The position numbers were made by a program, and so were the translations under genes. 59,039 nucleotides of DNA from Octopus bimaculoides (lineage: Eukaryota): NCBI RefSeq assembly GCF_001194135.2, contig NC_068989.1, positions 96,822,158 through 96,881,196 on the forward strand, in the 5' to 3' direction. The notes beneath the pieces were generated by a model. It did not search any database, was not told the origin of the DNA, and was given only the letters and a program-made list of their open reading frames with translations. Shown here one piece after another: positions 36,335 to 48,513 of the stretch. Numbering within the stretch: the first letter of the stretch is position 1; each line of letters starts with the position of its first letter.

Positions 36335-38650
36335 GCCAAAGTATCATCTGTCAAGAGTAGTAAGGAATCACCAACAAATGGTGGATACAGCAATGCACTG
36401 AGTGTATTCTCTACAGGAAAAGATAGAGGTGATTCCAGAAGATGTGTCATGATGAAAGCTTCACTGCTGTGAGCTGTAGGGTTGGTTTCAATGAATCTAC
36501 CATTCATTCTAACACAAAGGCATCTGATCCTAAAAAAAAAAAAAGACACAGATGAGTGTATACGCTACAGGAAAAGTCAGAGATGATCAAGAAAATCCAT
36601 GCTAATGGAAGGTTTGCTGCTGTAGGGCGTGAGTTTGATATCAATTAATCTACAATTTGTTCCGTGTAAGGTGAGGGTTGGCAATGAGTATAATGAAGAG
36701 TTCTGGGTAGAAGTAGGGGTTCACCAAAGATCAGTCTTCAGCCCACTCTTATTCATTATAGTCCTCCAGGCATTAACAGAGGAATTCAAAACAGGCTGCC
36801 CCTGGGAGCTCCTCTATGCTGATGACATTGCTCTAATAGCTAACTCATTGCCAGAACTGGAGACAAAGTTTAGGGTGTGGAAGCAAGGTCTAGAATCGAA
36901 GGGCTTTAGGATTAACTCGGCAAAAACCAAAGTCTTAGTAAGTAGGAAGGCAGTCAAATCACAATCCCCTTCAGGTAGATGGCCCTGCTCAATCTGTAGA
37001 AAAGGTGTGGGTAGAAATTCCATACGATGTACCCAGTGTAAGCTATGGACACATAAAAGGTGTAGCAATATGAAAGGTTAACCAGGAAAATAGTTTTTGT
37101 GTGTGGCAGATGCACTGGAGCAATAAACACTGAAGATGTACGGAAAACAGATTCCATCACATGCCAGGGGGAGAAACTAGAAGTAGTTAATAGTTTCCGC
37201 TACCTAGGCGAGCAAGTCTGCAGTGGGGGTAGTTGCTCTGAGAGTGTAATGACTAGAGTAAGAATAGCCTGGGCAAAGTTTAGGGAGCTCCTACCTCAGC
37301 TGGCAACTAAGGGCCTCTCATTCAGGATGAAAGGTAGACTGTATGATGTATGTGTGCGAACTGTCATGCTACCCGGCAGTGAAACCTGGGCTGTAAGGCA
37401 GCGATTTGGCAGAAACGTTAGCACGCTGGGCGAAATGCTTATCAGGATTTCGTCGTCTGCCGCTACGTTCTGAGTTCAAATTCCATTGAGGTCGACTTCA
37501 CCTTTCATCATTTCGGGGTCGATTAAATAAGTACCAGTTACACACTGGGGTCAGTATAATCGACAATCCGTTTGTCTCTCCTTGTTTGTCCCCTCTGTAT
37601 GTAGCCCCTTGTGGGCAGTAAAGAAATGAGAAACATGGGCTGTGATGCTGATGACATGTGTAGGCTTGAAACAAATGATCCGCTGGATGTGTAATGTCAG
37701 TGTGCATAAACGGCAGAGTGTAAGAGGCCTGAGAGGAAAGCTGGGCATAAGAAGCATCAAATGTGGTTTGCAAGAGAGGTGACTGCGCTGGTATGGTCAT
37801 GTGTTACATATGGATGAGGACAGCTGTGTGAGGAAGTGTCACACCCTATCTGTGGAAGAGGCAGACCCAAGAAGACATGAGATGAGGTGGTGAAGCATAA
37901 CCTTTGAATGCTGGGCCTCACAAAGGCAATGACAGGAGACCGAGACCTTTGGAGATATGCTGTGATTGAGAAGGCCAAGTAACTAAAGTGAAATCGCAGC
38001 CATGGCTGATGCCAGTGTTGCATGTCCGGCCCATTTAAGAGGACCCTTGATGCGTCAGGTGATATGATATGTTTGAGAAGACCCGTTGAGTCAAGTGAAA
38101 CCAATATCGTAGCTGTGGCCAGTGCTGCCTGGCTGGCTTCTCTGCCAGTGGCATGTAAAATGCACCATCCAAACATGGTTGATGCCAGTGCCCTCTGACT
38201 GGCTCTCACGCTGGTGGCACGTAAAAAGCACCATCTGAACATGGGCAATGCCAGATCTGCTTGACTGGCTCCCATGCTGATGGCACATAAAAGGCACCAT
38301 CCGAATGTGGTCAAATCCAGTCCCCACAACTGGCTCCCATGCTGGTGGCATGTAAAAGGCACCATCCAAAAGTTGTCAAGGCTAGTGCCTCCCAGCTGGT
38401 TCCCATGCTGGTGGCATGTAAACAGCACTGTTCGAATGTGAAAAATGCCATGGCTGCTTGACTGGCTCCCATGCCGTTGGCACATAAAAAGCACCCACTA
38501 CACTCTTGGAGTGGTTGGCGTTAGGAAGGGCATCCAGCTGTAGAAACATTGCCAGATGAGGTTGGAGCCTGGTGCAGCCACTGGCTTTCCATACCTTAGT
38601 CAAACCATCCAACCCATGCCAGCATGGAAAATGGACATTAAACGATGATG
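36335..38650 (+). mobile_element. RTE-like LINE: RT domain, PHD finger, C-terminus and 3' UTR; interrupted by SINE B
   Basis: ORF 36629-37081 (GVHQRSVFSPLLFIIVLQAL...LLYADDIAL), C4HC3 finger, then RWYGHV and (GAT)n tail. Confidence 0.95.
37395..37629 (+). mobile_element. SINE B inserted into the LINE with a 14-bp target site duplication
   Basis: GAAACCTGGGCTGT (37381-37394) and GAAACATGGGCTGT (37630-37643) flank the SINE; the LINE frame (ETWAV) resumes afterwards. Confidence 0.9.
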
Positions 38651-39654
38651 ATTATCAATAAACTGATGCAATTTCTGCTGTTTTGCCATCCATATTTGCT
38701 TCTTTCCCTAAAATTTGCACTGGTACTCACTTATTCACAGATTTATTCTTCCAAAAGGTTGTTGAAATATGAAATGTATTTAAAAAAACATACAAAAGAA
38801 GAAAAAATATTTATTTTTAAAAAAATATTTTATTTGAGTGATTGATTCTTAAATATGACGTTTTTTTTTTCGTTTTTTTTTTTTCATTTAATCAGTTGAA
38901 GTAAAAGGAGATAATGATAGTTTGATTGTTACTCGCTGCGATGTTTCTTTATTTCTGATGCAAACAAAAATATTCTTCTTGAACAACTAGAGACAATAGA
39001 TATTTCAGAACCAAACAAAACAAGCCAGAAACACTCTCCATTTTAAGAAGTATAACAATGAAAGCTTTGAATAGATTGAAGATAAATGAGATATCAGAGT
39101 GTGTAAATTTAAACAATTCAGCACAAAAAAAAAAAAAGAAAAAAGATAAATTTTGCTTTCCTTTATTTTTCTTTTTTTCTTTTTTAGTTCTGCAGTCTAT
39201 GATAGTTTAGATGTTATACAAACATATAAGTCTCTAATTTCTTATTTAGCAATGTCTTTATTGTCTTCAATTAGTATATCTAATGTTTTATTTAATAATT
39301 TAAGTCCTAAGCATTTCTGCTCTTTCTTTTTTTATTGACTTTCATTATTGTCTTTAGCATCTATTTTTACATGGTATTTTATAGTAGATTCTGGAAATTT
39401 TAGAGATGCACAGAATAGAATATTGTTGGAAACAAGTGTTTATTATATGAATGACTTTCTCAAAACTAAACCATTTATCTATAAAGTGATTGCAGTTATA
39501 TATATATAAATTATATCTATATATATATATTTTTTTTTTTTTGCTAAATAGTTTAATAATATTAAGTATTGTACATTAACAGCAAACACAATGACCAAGC
39601 AGTTTAAGCACTAAACTAATGCATCTTTTATTTCTCTGTGATTTTCTTTGTCAC

Positions 39655-39820
39655 TCATCATCATCATCATCATCATCGTTTAACGTCCGCCTTCCATGAT
39701 AGCATGGGTTGGATGATTTGACTGAGGACTGGCGAACCGGAACGCTGCACCAGGCTCCAATCTGATCTGGCAGAATTCCTACAGCTGGATGCCCTTCCTA
39801 ATGCCAACCACTCCGAGACG
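39655..39820 (-). mobile_element. RTE-tail repeat, truncated
   Basis: (CAT)n-cgtttaacgtccgccttccatg...ccaaccactccgag. Confidence 0.85.
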
Positions 39821-40081
39821 TTAGGAAGGTGAGACAATATTAATATCATTATATTGAACACTAACATATTGTCGTCATCATCATTGTCATTCACTTTTCT
39901 CTTTTGACAGATGTGACTTTAGGAAGTAGTGTCTTATGACTGAATGCGTCTTGCAGAAATAGGGTCTGCCTATTCCACAAAAATTGGAATACACACTGTA
40001 TAGAATACTGGTATGTGTGTGTGTTTGAATGTATGCATCCGTGTGTGCATATAGGTGGAAGATAGGTCTGTATGTATAGAT

Positions 40082-40124
<43 letters not shown>

Positions 40125-40169
40125 GCATTCAGGTTTCATTCTGCAAACTAGAGCAGAATTAGGCTAGTA

Positions 40170-41550
40170 TGCTTCAGTGAGTGTGCATGTACAAATGTGC
40201 AAGATTAGTGTGCATGTACAACAAAGTGCAAATGTATTGTGAGAAATGTTAGGTGTGAGAGGAATCAGATGTAGTGTGCAAAAGAGGAGACTGCATTCGT
40301 TTGGTCATGTGATGCATATTACTGAGGACTAATGCATAAGGAAATACTCATCATTTAACGTGGATGGAAATTATAGAATAGGTAGACTCAGGAGGACATG
40401 GGATGAGGTATTGAAGGCTGATCTCAATATGTTAAGCGTTACAAAGGACTGTGAAGACTGGTACCTTGCTGTGCTCAAGAAAACCCACCCATTACAGCCA
40501 AAATAATATCCTAAAACCACTCAGATATATTTGTATGTGCAAGACCATGTCCCTCCTCCTCTCTCTTTGACAGATCAACCATTTCCCTCCACAACATCTA
40601 TAGTACTACGTGGCTGCTATACTCGCTGCTGAGCAATGTTGCACATATTACATACTTCCATTCCTCATCATCCCTACCATTTCAACCAATCACCCACTTT
40701 TCATGCTTTCATCCACCATCCTTTTCTGCCTTTTGTTCTAGACACCTCTTGTGTGCTATCGTTTTCATTACCTTCCCAAATTTACCATCATAACCATCTA
40801 CAATAGACTCTTATGTATCCCTATCTCCTTCCTCTCTACAGCCCCTACACCATACACATTGTTCAACTACCTTTTGTTCTATTCTTCCTCAGCCACTTCT
40901 ATATCTCCCATCTCATCCCTCTGCATACTAGCATTTCCCATCATCTGTACCTCACCCTTGTCCAGGATTATCCTTAGAAGTAGTTGATAGCTTCCATTAC
41001 CTCGGCAACCAAATTATCAATAGAGGAGGAAGCTATGAAAGCATAGTTGCTAGAATAAGAATGAACAGGGCAAAATTCAGAGAGTTATGACCTTTGTTAG
41101 TAACAAAGGTCATAACCCCTAGTGTGAAAGGTCGATTGTATGATGTCTGAGTATGAACAGTTATACTACATAGCAGTGAAACACAGCTAGAGAGAATATG
41201 CGAAGGCTTGAAAGAAATGAAACCAGCACTGCACTACTGGGTCGGCAATGTCAGTGTGTGCATGTACAACAGAGTGCAAACGATTTAAAAGAAAAATTGG
41301 GTACAAGAAGCATCAGGTGTAGTATGCAAAAAAGAAGTTTGTGCTGGTTTGGTCATGTGATGCATCTGAATGAGGACAGCTGCATTGAGAAGTGCCAATA
41401 TCTAATTGTAGATGGAACCCATGGAAGAAGTAGATGTGGGATGAAGTGGTGACAAATGATCTTCAGATGTTGAGCTTCACAGAGAAGATGGCAAAGAACC
41501 TGAGATCTCTGGTGATTTGCTGTGCTTGAGAAGACACATCAAGTTAAGTA
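40170..41550 (+). mobile_element. Two decayed RTE-like C-terminal fragments (about 40170-40490 and 40960-41550)
   Basis: MRRLERNE...IRCSMQKRSLCWFGHVMHL motifs (ORF 41198-41452); a similar decayed copy lies upstream. Confidence 0.75.
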
Positions 41551-43809
41551 AGATCATGGCCATCCATACATACAGGCTTGTCCTTTGCAATCATGCCTTC
41601 CACTCATACATACATAATCTGTCCTCTACGAAAACACCCCTGCAACCCATCTTCCCAACATCCGCATTCCACTATAAGCCCCCACCACTCTCCCTCATGT
41701 GGCTCTCTGTACACTCTCCATACCCCACCCCTCTCCCAGCCACCCTGCTTTCTCTCTCCATTACTTGCTATGTCTTTCCTATCTCTAAACTTCTCCCTTT
41801 ACATTCTTATGAACATTCCCTCTCTATCACTTACAGTCCCCATTCACTGTTCCTTGTGGGGAGGTCCTGATGCATCTCCAACACTCTCTATCTTTCTCCC
41901 TAACCTCTTTTCTCTCCTTCCTGTCCTACTGGGGTATCCAAGTTTCCCCTCTATAATCAAACAACCATCTCTATCCCTTTATAATCTCTCACCTGGCACA
42001 AAGCCACGTCCCTCAGTTTGAATCCTTCTTCCAGCTGAGATGTCTTTGTCTTGCAAGCCACTTGGTGACCCTGTTGGTGTCACATAAAAAAAGCACTTTT
42101 ACTGTAAAGTGTCTATGTTGGTGCCACACAAAAAGCACCCAATTCACTCTGTAAAGTGGTTGGCATAAAGAAAGGCATCCAGCCATAGAAGCTATTCCCA
42201 AAAAGAGAAATAATGTCTGGTCTAGCTCTTTGGCTTGTTAGCTCTGGTCAAACCGTGCAACCCATACTAGCATAGAAAATGGACGATGATGATGATGATG
42301 ATGTTTAAAGTTGATGGTTAAACCAATCACTGCTTAGAGTTTCCCACCTGTATGTGATCATGCAAGGGATTTGCATAATTCAAGGTTCCACTCCATGTAT
42401 TGACTTTCTTATTCTTCTCCTGCATTTCTAAATGTAACAATTTCTGTAGACATAATTTAAAAAAAAAATTTTTTATTGACCTTTAAATATTTCTGTTTGA
42501 TTAGCTGACTTTTAATTTTCATCTCTCCTTTCTTTGTATTGGTTTGTCTTCACCAGTAATTACTATAAAATTGTCAATATTCTAAAATTGCCTCAGCTGG
42601 CAGAGAAGAAAACTCAAAAGATTAATTTTCCAAATTAGCTGCATTTGACAATTAACAAAACTCCACTGTTCCAAAAAAAAAATTTTTTTTAAACAATAAA
42701 AAAACCTAATAATAAATACACAGAAAATAGAGAAAAAAAAGAGCTAAAACTTCCTGTTTAAAATGAAAATTCTGTGGTTGACAATTGCAAGTTAAGTGTA
42801 TTTCATAAGGGTTGTGTGTTCATGTGTTTAAACATGAAATAATTCTGTGTTTGACGACCACAAACAAAATGTTGTTAGCATAGGGAAATATCAGAGCTAA
42901 AAGATTCTACTGAAACTATCCAAAGAGGAATTCTATTTGGCAATAGTAGTAAACTCACTGGCTTTTTTATCTGAAATTGGCAGCTATTGTTAGAAAAGAC
43001 CATCTAAGTGCAGCTTTTTTTCCAGCAAAGAAAGCTTGTGGGATTAGCTATGTACGAAATGAGAGAAAATGAGAGAAACTGTGTTGAAACTTCGTTTGGA
43101 TTAAGAATTCTGCTGCTTGCTTCTATGTGAATTCAGCTGGCATTTTTTGATGTAAATTCTTGTTTATTTATTGGGGGTTTTTTTTCTCTTAAAGAACGTA
43201 AATTGATAAATGTTAGATGGATATTGAATAAGTACTAACATCAGAAAGATGAGGATGAATCTTACTTTGTATACATATACACATTTCCATACACTCTCTC
43301 ATGTTCACACACACACAATATAAAGATGTAGGTAAAGAAAGTTTTATAAGATCTAACATTCTGTGGATATTCAAGCTCCACATCTCTTAAAGTATGAGTC
43401 TCAAGTGTTCACATATGTTACTATTTGTATGTGTATGTGTATTATTATTATCATTGTTGTTGTTGTTATTGTTATTATCACTATTAAAGTAAGGTGATGA
43501 GCTAGAGGAATGGTTAACACGTTGGGCAAAATTTTGTCTGTCTTCATTTTCTGATTTCAAATTCTATCAAGATCGATAAAATAATTAATAATTAAGAACT
43601 GGAGATCAATGAAATCAACTTACCCCTCCTCTAAAATTGCTGGCCTTGTGTCAAAATTAAAAATCATTATTATGATTTTTAAAAAGGTGTACTAACAGTT
43701 ATTAGAACACTAGAAAAATGCTTTCCATTGAGGGGTCAGTTACGCCCTTCACCCTTTCAGGGTCAATGAAGTAAAGAACCATTGAAACACTTACCCCGCC
43801 CCGCCTACA

Positions 43810-44330
43810 ATTGCAGGCATAAGAGGCATCAGATGTGTCGTGTACAAGAGAGACGACTGTGCTGGTATGCTCATGTGATGCCTATGGATGAGGACAGTTA
43901 TGTAAAGAAGTGCCGATCTCTGTGGAGGGAACCTGTGGTAGAGGTAGGCCCAGGAAGAGATGGGATGAGGTGGTGAAGCATGATCTTTGAACTTTGAGCC
44001 TCACAAAGGCAATGACTGGTGACCAAGACCTTTTGGTGATGTGCTGTGCTTTAGTGGACCCGACAAGACAAGTGCACCCGTGCTGGTGGCATATAAAGAA
44101 CATCGTTTGAACATTGGGCCTCACAGAGGCAAAGTGACTGAGTTCCTTTTGAGTGTTGGACCTCATAGAGGCGAAGTGGCTGAGTTCTTTTCGAATGTTG
44201 GGCCTCACGGAGGCAATGACCAAAACCTTTCACATTATATTGTGCTTGAGAAGAGAACCTATCAAGCCAAACAGAATCGCAGTCATGGCAGATACCAGTG
44301 TCATATAAATTGGCACCCATGCCTAAGGAA
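43810..44330 (+). mobile_element. RTE-like LINE 3' fragment with internal ~38-bp repeats
   Basis: CRVQERRLCWYAHVM (ORF 43782-43976); ggcctcac.gaggc repeated. Confidence 0.8.
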
Positions 44331-44544
44331 CAAACTTTAGGAGTTTTACTGGGCATTTTATTTCAATCTACTTCAGCCATTTCTCTATATCTTTGCTTAC
44401 TGTTCCCAATGCACCAATTATTATAAGCTCAACCATTATAGGTTCATGTGAACCGTTACAGGTTCACATGCTCCAAATTCTTCCTATTTCAAATTTTAAG
44501 GGATAGCATTTTTGGGGGTTTTTTTTTTCTTTTTTCTTTATGAT

Positions 44545-45830
44545 CCTGGAATTGAATGGCCATGATGGGTCAATAAGTAAGCAACTTCACTTTTCCCTAT
44601 CTATAATTGTTATGTCGTTTACTTTGCCTGTGACTTTCTCACTTGTTTTTTGTCCATATATCTTTCATTTCATGGTATTTCATTGTTCACATCAGACATT
44701 TTACCTCACAACATTTCTAAAATCTCCTTCTCTTCATCAGTCATCTAGATCATCGTCATTAGTTACTTTATCAGTATTCTCTGGTACTCTGCAGTTTCCA
44801 TCTATTTCATGTTCTTCATCTCTTACCCCTTCACTACCACATTCTACGACTGCTGTTTCATTCTCCTTCTGCTTTTTTCTTTACCTTTCACTGAATTTCT
44901 TCAATCTCTACTCCCATAATCTAGTCATTCCTATGGATTGTTCTTGCTTGGTCTATCAGTTGTTGGGCAGATGCTTCAAAACCTCCTATTTCATCCCATA
45001 TTCTCTTCATTTGATTCATTATTACTATTCTATAATTGTTCAACACTTGCTTGTTTGAGGCAAATTTCTACTACACTACTACACTTCTGTGTTGCTGCTC
45101 TATGTGAAGCGTTGTGTTTCCTTTTCTGTTGTTGAGAATGCACAAATTCTTTCCAATATTGTACTGCATTAATTTTCTTCTCTTGAGGTCTGGTTCAGTC
45201 TTTTGTTGTATTACTGCTTGTATTGTGTGTTGAGTATGTAATGCATTGGTTATTTGACTTGCTGGTGGAAGTTTATTTTACTGGATAATTGTTGTATAAA
45301 GTGTGTCTTGTGTTTGTGGGTTATTTTGTTTAGGTTGTATTATTGGATCAATAGTGTCTTGCATAGGATGTGGGTTGTTCCTATCAGGGCTATTTTTTTG
45401 GATAGTGATGATGATGTGTAGTGTTGAAGACCCAGGTATAGCTTGTATGTCTTTATTTATATGCTTTTTAATCATGTTACTATTTTTTATCCAGTTATTA
45501 TTGGTATTGTTTTCACCTTCATGTCCCACATCTTGAATATTTCAATTTTGAGGTCTTTGTACTTTGACAATTTCTCCACTTCTTTTTGGACAATATTTTG
45601 ATGAGAAAGGACTACAACATCTGACAGTAAGCAGGTGTTTTTTTTCCCCAATCCTTGATTATTATGTCTGGGTGATTAGCTTTTATTTCTTTGTCATTTT
45701 GAACCAGCATATCCCAGATGATTCTGGCTTGGTCATTGTCTTGTACCTTGTTTGGCACATGTTTATACCACCTCTTGTCAGTTTTGATGTCATAATCCTG
45801 GCATATAGTCTAGTGGATATAAAATAATTA
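44545..45830 (-). mobile_element. Composite of decayed R4/Dong-like RLE LINE fragments
   Basis: RWYKHVPNKVQDNDQARIIWDMLVQNDKEIKANHPDIIIKD (about 45640-45800) and NDITIIDREK*SCLLIDPS (about 44550-44620) are PD-(D/E)xK RLE motifs. Confidence 0.75.
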
Positions 45831-46721
45831 CTTGGCTGTGTCTGTATATATATTTAGATTTGCAGGTGGAATCCAGTTAAAATTTTCTTCAGGTCGAGTA
45901 GCCCATCGTGCTCCAAAGGTTCCTGAATAAGGATTGTTTAAGGATGTTGAAGGAAACACCCATATTTTCAGAGGTGAATTATCCAAACCCCAAAGAATTG
46001 CTCTCAACGCATGGCTGTGATGTTCCCCCACTACTTCAGCTTATGATCAGAGATACACATATCGTCAGCCACTAAAAGATGCTCAACTGGTTGAGGTCAA
46101 ACAACTGACAAGCAAATCTCTGGTATTGAGCAGAATATTTGCTTATACCAAGACAAAACAATGTAAATGATAACACTTCCAATCAATTGTTGTTGTTCTT
46201 CTTCTTCTTCCTATTGTTATTGTTATTTTAATTTTTAAAGAATTGAACTTACAAATTTCCCGATAAGCAAGTGGTCATATTATTTTGTTCACTTTCTTTT
46301 TCATATGTATCGACCCTTGTCTACGTGTGTATAGATCATGGTGTATCTATGCACATAGATGCATGTGTGTACATACATACATAAATACATAGATATNNNN
46401 NNNNNNNNNNNNNNNNNNNNNNNNNNNNNNNNNNNNNNNTGTGTGTGTGTGTGTGTGTACAGTGATGGATTCAAGGGTTTCATTTATTTATGAGTTGATT
46501 TCTTAATTTCACCAGAGTGTAAATACCTTTAATAGTGATACTAAAAAAAAAAATTTTTTTAAATTAATTCAGTTCAATTAAAAAGCATAAATAAGCAATG
46601 CACTGTAATCCACAATTTGTGAAAAAATGTATCTGAACACAGGGTATGCATTTCCCTGCCGATGCCATTTTTTTTTTTTTTCATTATTATTAATAAGGCG
46701 GTGAGCTGGCAGAAAAGTTAG

Positions 46722-47465
46722 CATCATCATCATCGTTTAACGTCCGCTTTCCATGCTGGCATGGGTTGGACGGTTTGACTGAGGACTGGCAAGCCAGGAG
46801 ACTGCACCAGGCTCCAATCTGATCTGGCAAAGTTTCTACAGCTGGATGCTCTTCTTAACACCAACCACTCCAAGAGGAAAAATGCTCAGCACCATTTCGT
46901 CCATCTTTGCATTCAGTGTTCAAATTCCACTGAGGTTGACTTTGCTTTCCATCCTTTTAGGGTTGATAAATTAAGGACCAGTGAAAATCAAAAGCAAATC
47001 AAGATTGAAATCAAAATGGAAATTGTAGTTGTGGCCAATGGCCAGTGCTGCCATCTGTGCTTCTTATGTGCTGCTTGCACATAATAAGCACCATTCAAGC
47101 ATGGGTCAATGCCAGTGCCGCCTGACCGGCTCCCTGTGCCTGTGGCACGTAAAAGGCACCATCTGAACGTGGTCGATGCCAATAACACCCCTCCCAACTG
47201 GCTCCTGTGCCGGTAGCACATAAAAGGCACCATCCAAACATGTTAGATGCCAGTGCTGCCTGACTGGTTCCCATGCCGGTGGCATGTAAAAAGCACCCAT
47301 TACACTCTTGGAGTGGTTGGCATTAGGAAGGGCATCCAGCTGTAGAAACCTTGTCAAATCAGATTGGAGCCTGATGCAGCCTACTGGCTTGCCAGTCCTC
47401 AGTCAAACCGTCCAACCCATGCCAGCATAGAAAGCGGACGTGAAACGATGATGATGATGATGATG
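46722..47465. mobile_element. Inverted pair of RTE-tail copies (46722-46876 on -, inserted in a SINE B; 47030-47465 on +)
   Basis: About 155 bp of reverse-complement match between 46722-46876 and 47305-47460. Confidence 0.9.
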
Positions 47466-47617
47466 AAACACTGGATTTGAATGTAATCGACTGGTCCCCT
47501 CCCCCAAAATTTCAAGCCTTGTGCCTTTAGTAGAAAGGATCATTATTATTATTATCAATATTACCATTATCACCATCTCAATATCTTTTCTCTTTCTTTT
47601 ACTTTTATTTTGTTTAG

Positions 47618-47741
47618 AAGTGGCTCAAAGAAAAACAACTGGAAATTATATCCGGCAGTAATGTATGAAATGGCACGGGTTGCCAAGCTGAACACTGGTC
47701 GGGCCTGTCTTCTTACCCAGGACAAAAAGTGCATGTTTAAG
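47618..47741 (+). CDS. THUMPD3: THUMPD3 internal exon (124 nt; phase 2 in, phase 0 out)
   Basis: ttttattttgtttag|A...AAG|gtaaga; encodes (R)SGSKKNNWKLYPAVMYEMARVAKLNTGRACLLTQDKKCMFK, matching the THUMPD3 GSKK.NW.LYP..L.EM.RV....GRA.LLTQD motif rather than THUMPD2. Confidence 0.95.
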
Positions 47742-48096
47742 GTAAGATTTTTGCTCTTTGCATAAATTGAAAAAAGATACAATTACATTACAATCGTCAT
47801 AGAGACTATGATTTTAGTATTTTTGCTATTATTGAACATCAGTCTTTCATCAAACATCTATAGACCTGCTCACTGACATTCTTCTCCATCCAGCTGAGAA
47901 GTTATCTTTTCTTTTTGTTTGTAGAATTGTCAGAGCATTGGAAATGCCTTGTAATATTTCTCCTAACACTTTACATTATGAGTTCAAATCAAACTCAGCT
48001 CAGCTTTACCTTTGATCTTTTTGTGGGGTTAATAGCAGCAACTAATTCGTCCCCCGCCACACCAAAAATCAGTGACTCACTGCCTAAATTAGAAAC

Positions 48097-48129
<33 letters not shown>

Positions 48130-48441
48130 CAAAGAATCATTAGCACCCCAAGCAAAATGCTTAGTGGCATTTTGTCCATCTTTAGGTACTGAGTTCAAAT
48201 TCTGCCAAGGTTGACTTTACCTGTCATCTTTTTGGTGTTGATAAAATAAGTACCGGTTGAACTCTGGAGTCGATGTCATCAACTCATCCCCTCCCCCCAA
48301 ATTAGTGCCCTTGTGGAAAAATTTGAAGCCATTATCATTATTATTATTCAAATCAGTAAGCTTTGTATTTCATTCTTGTAGGGTCTGTGTGGTGTATTAA
48401 ACTGATTCACGCTCTACCCATAAATTCCAAGCCTTTGGCCC

Positions 48442-48513
48442 ATGTTAGAAGCAATGATCATTGTTGTTGTCAGCAATAACAATGGTGACAACAATGACCA
48501 TTGCTTCTAACAT
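48442..48513. repeat. 72-nt near-perfect hairpin
   Basis: ATGTTAGAAGCAATGATCATTGTTGT pairs with ACAACAATGACCATTGCTTCTAACAT: 26 positions, one A-C mismatch. Confidence 0.9.

Noticed and set aside
37648-37672. CTGATGA...GAAAC resembling a hammerhead core
   Set aside because: No stem I or stem III pairing; it is LINE coding sequence (ADDMCRLE)
38130-38495. Repeat-spacer-like array resembling CRISPR
   Set aside because: The apparent spacers are homologous to each other, the array sits in a eukaryotic LINE 3' UTR, and there are no cas genes
44447-44472. 10-bp perfect hairpin CATGTGAACC/GGTTCACATG
   Set aside because: Short and isolated; plausible by chance or as a TE remnant
47925-48010. Strong acceptor 180 nt after the 124-nt exon
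   Set aside because: The phase-0 reading stops after 9 codons (NCQSIGNAL*) and has no THUMPD3 similarity
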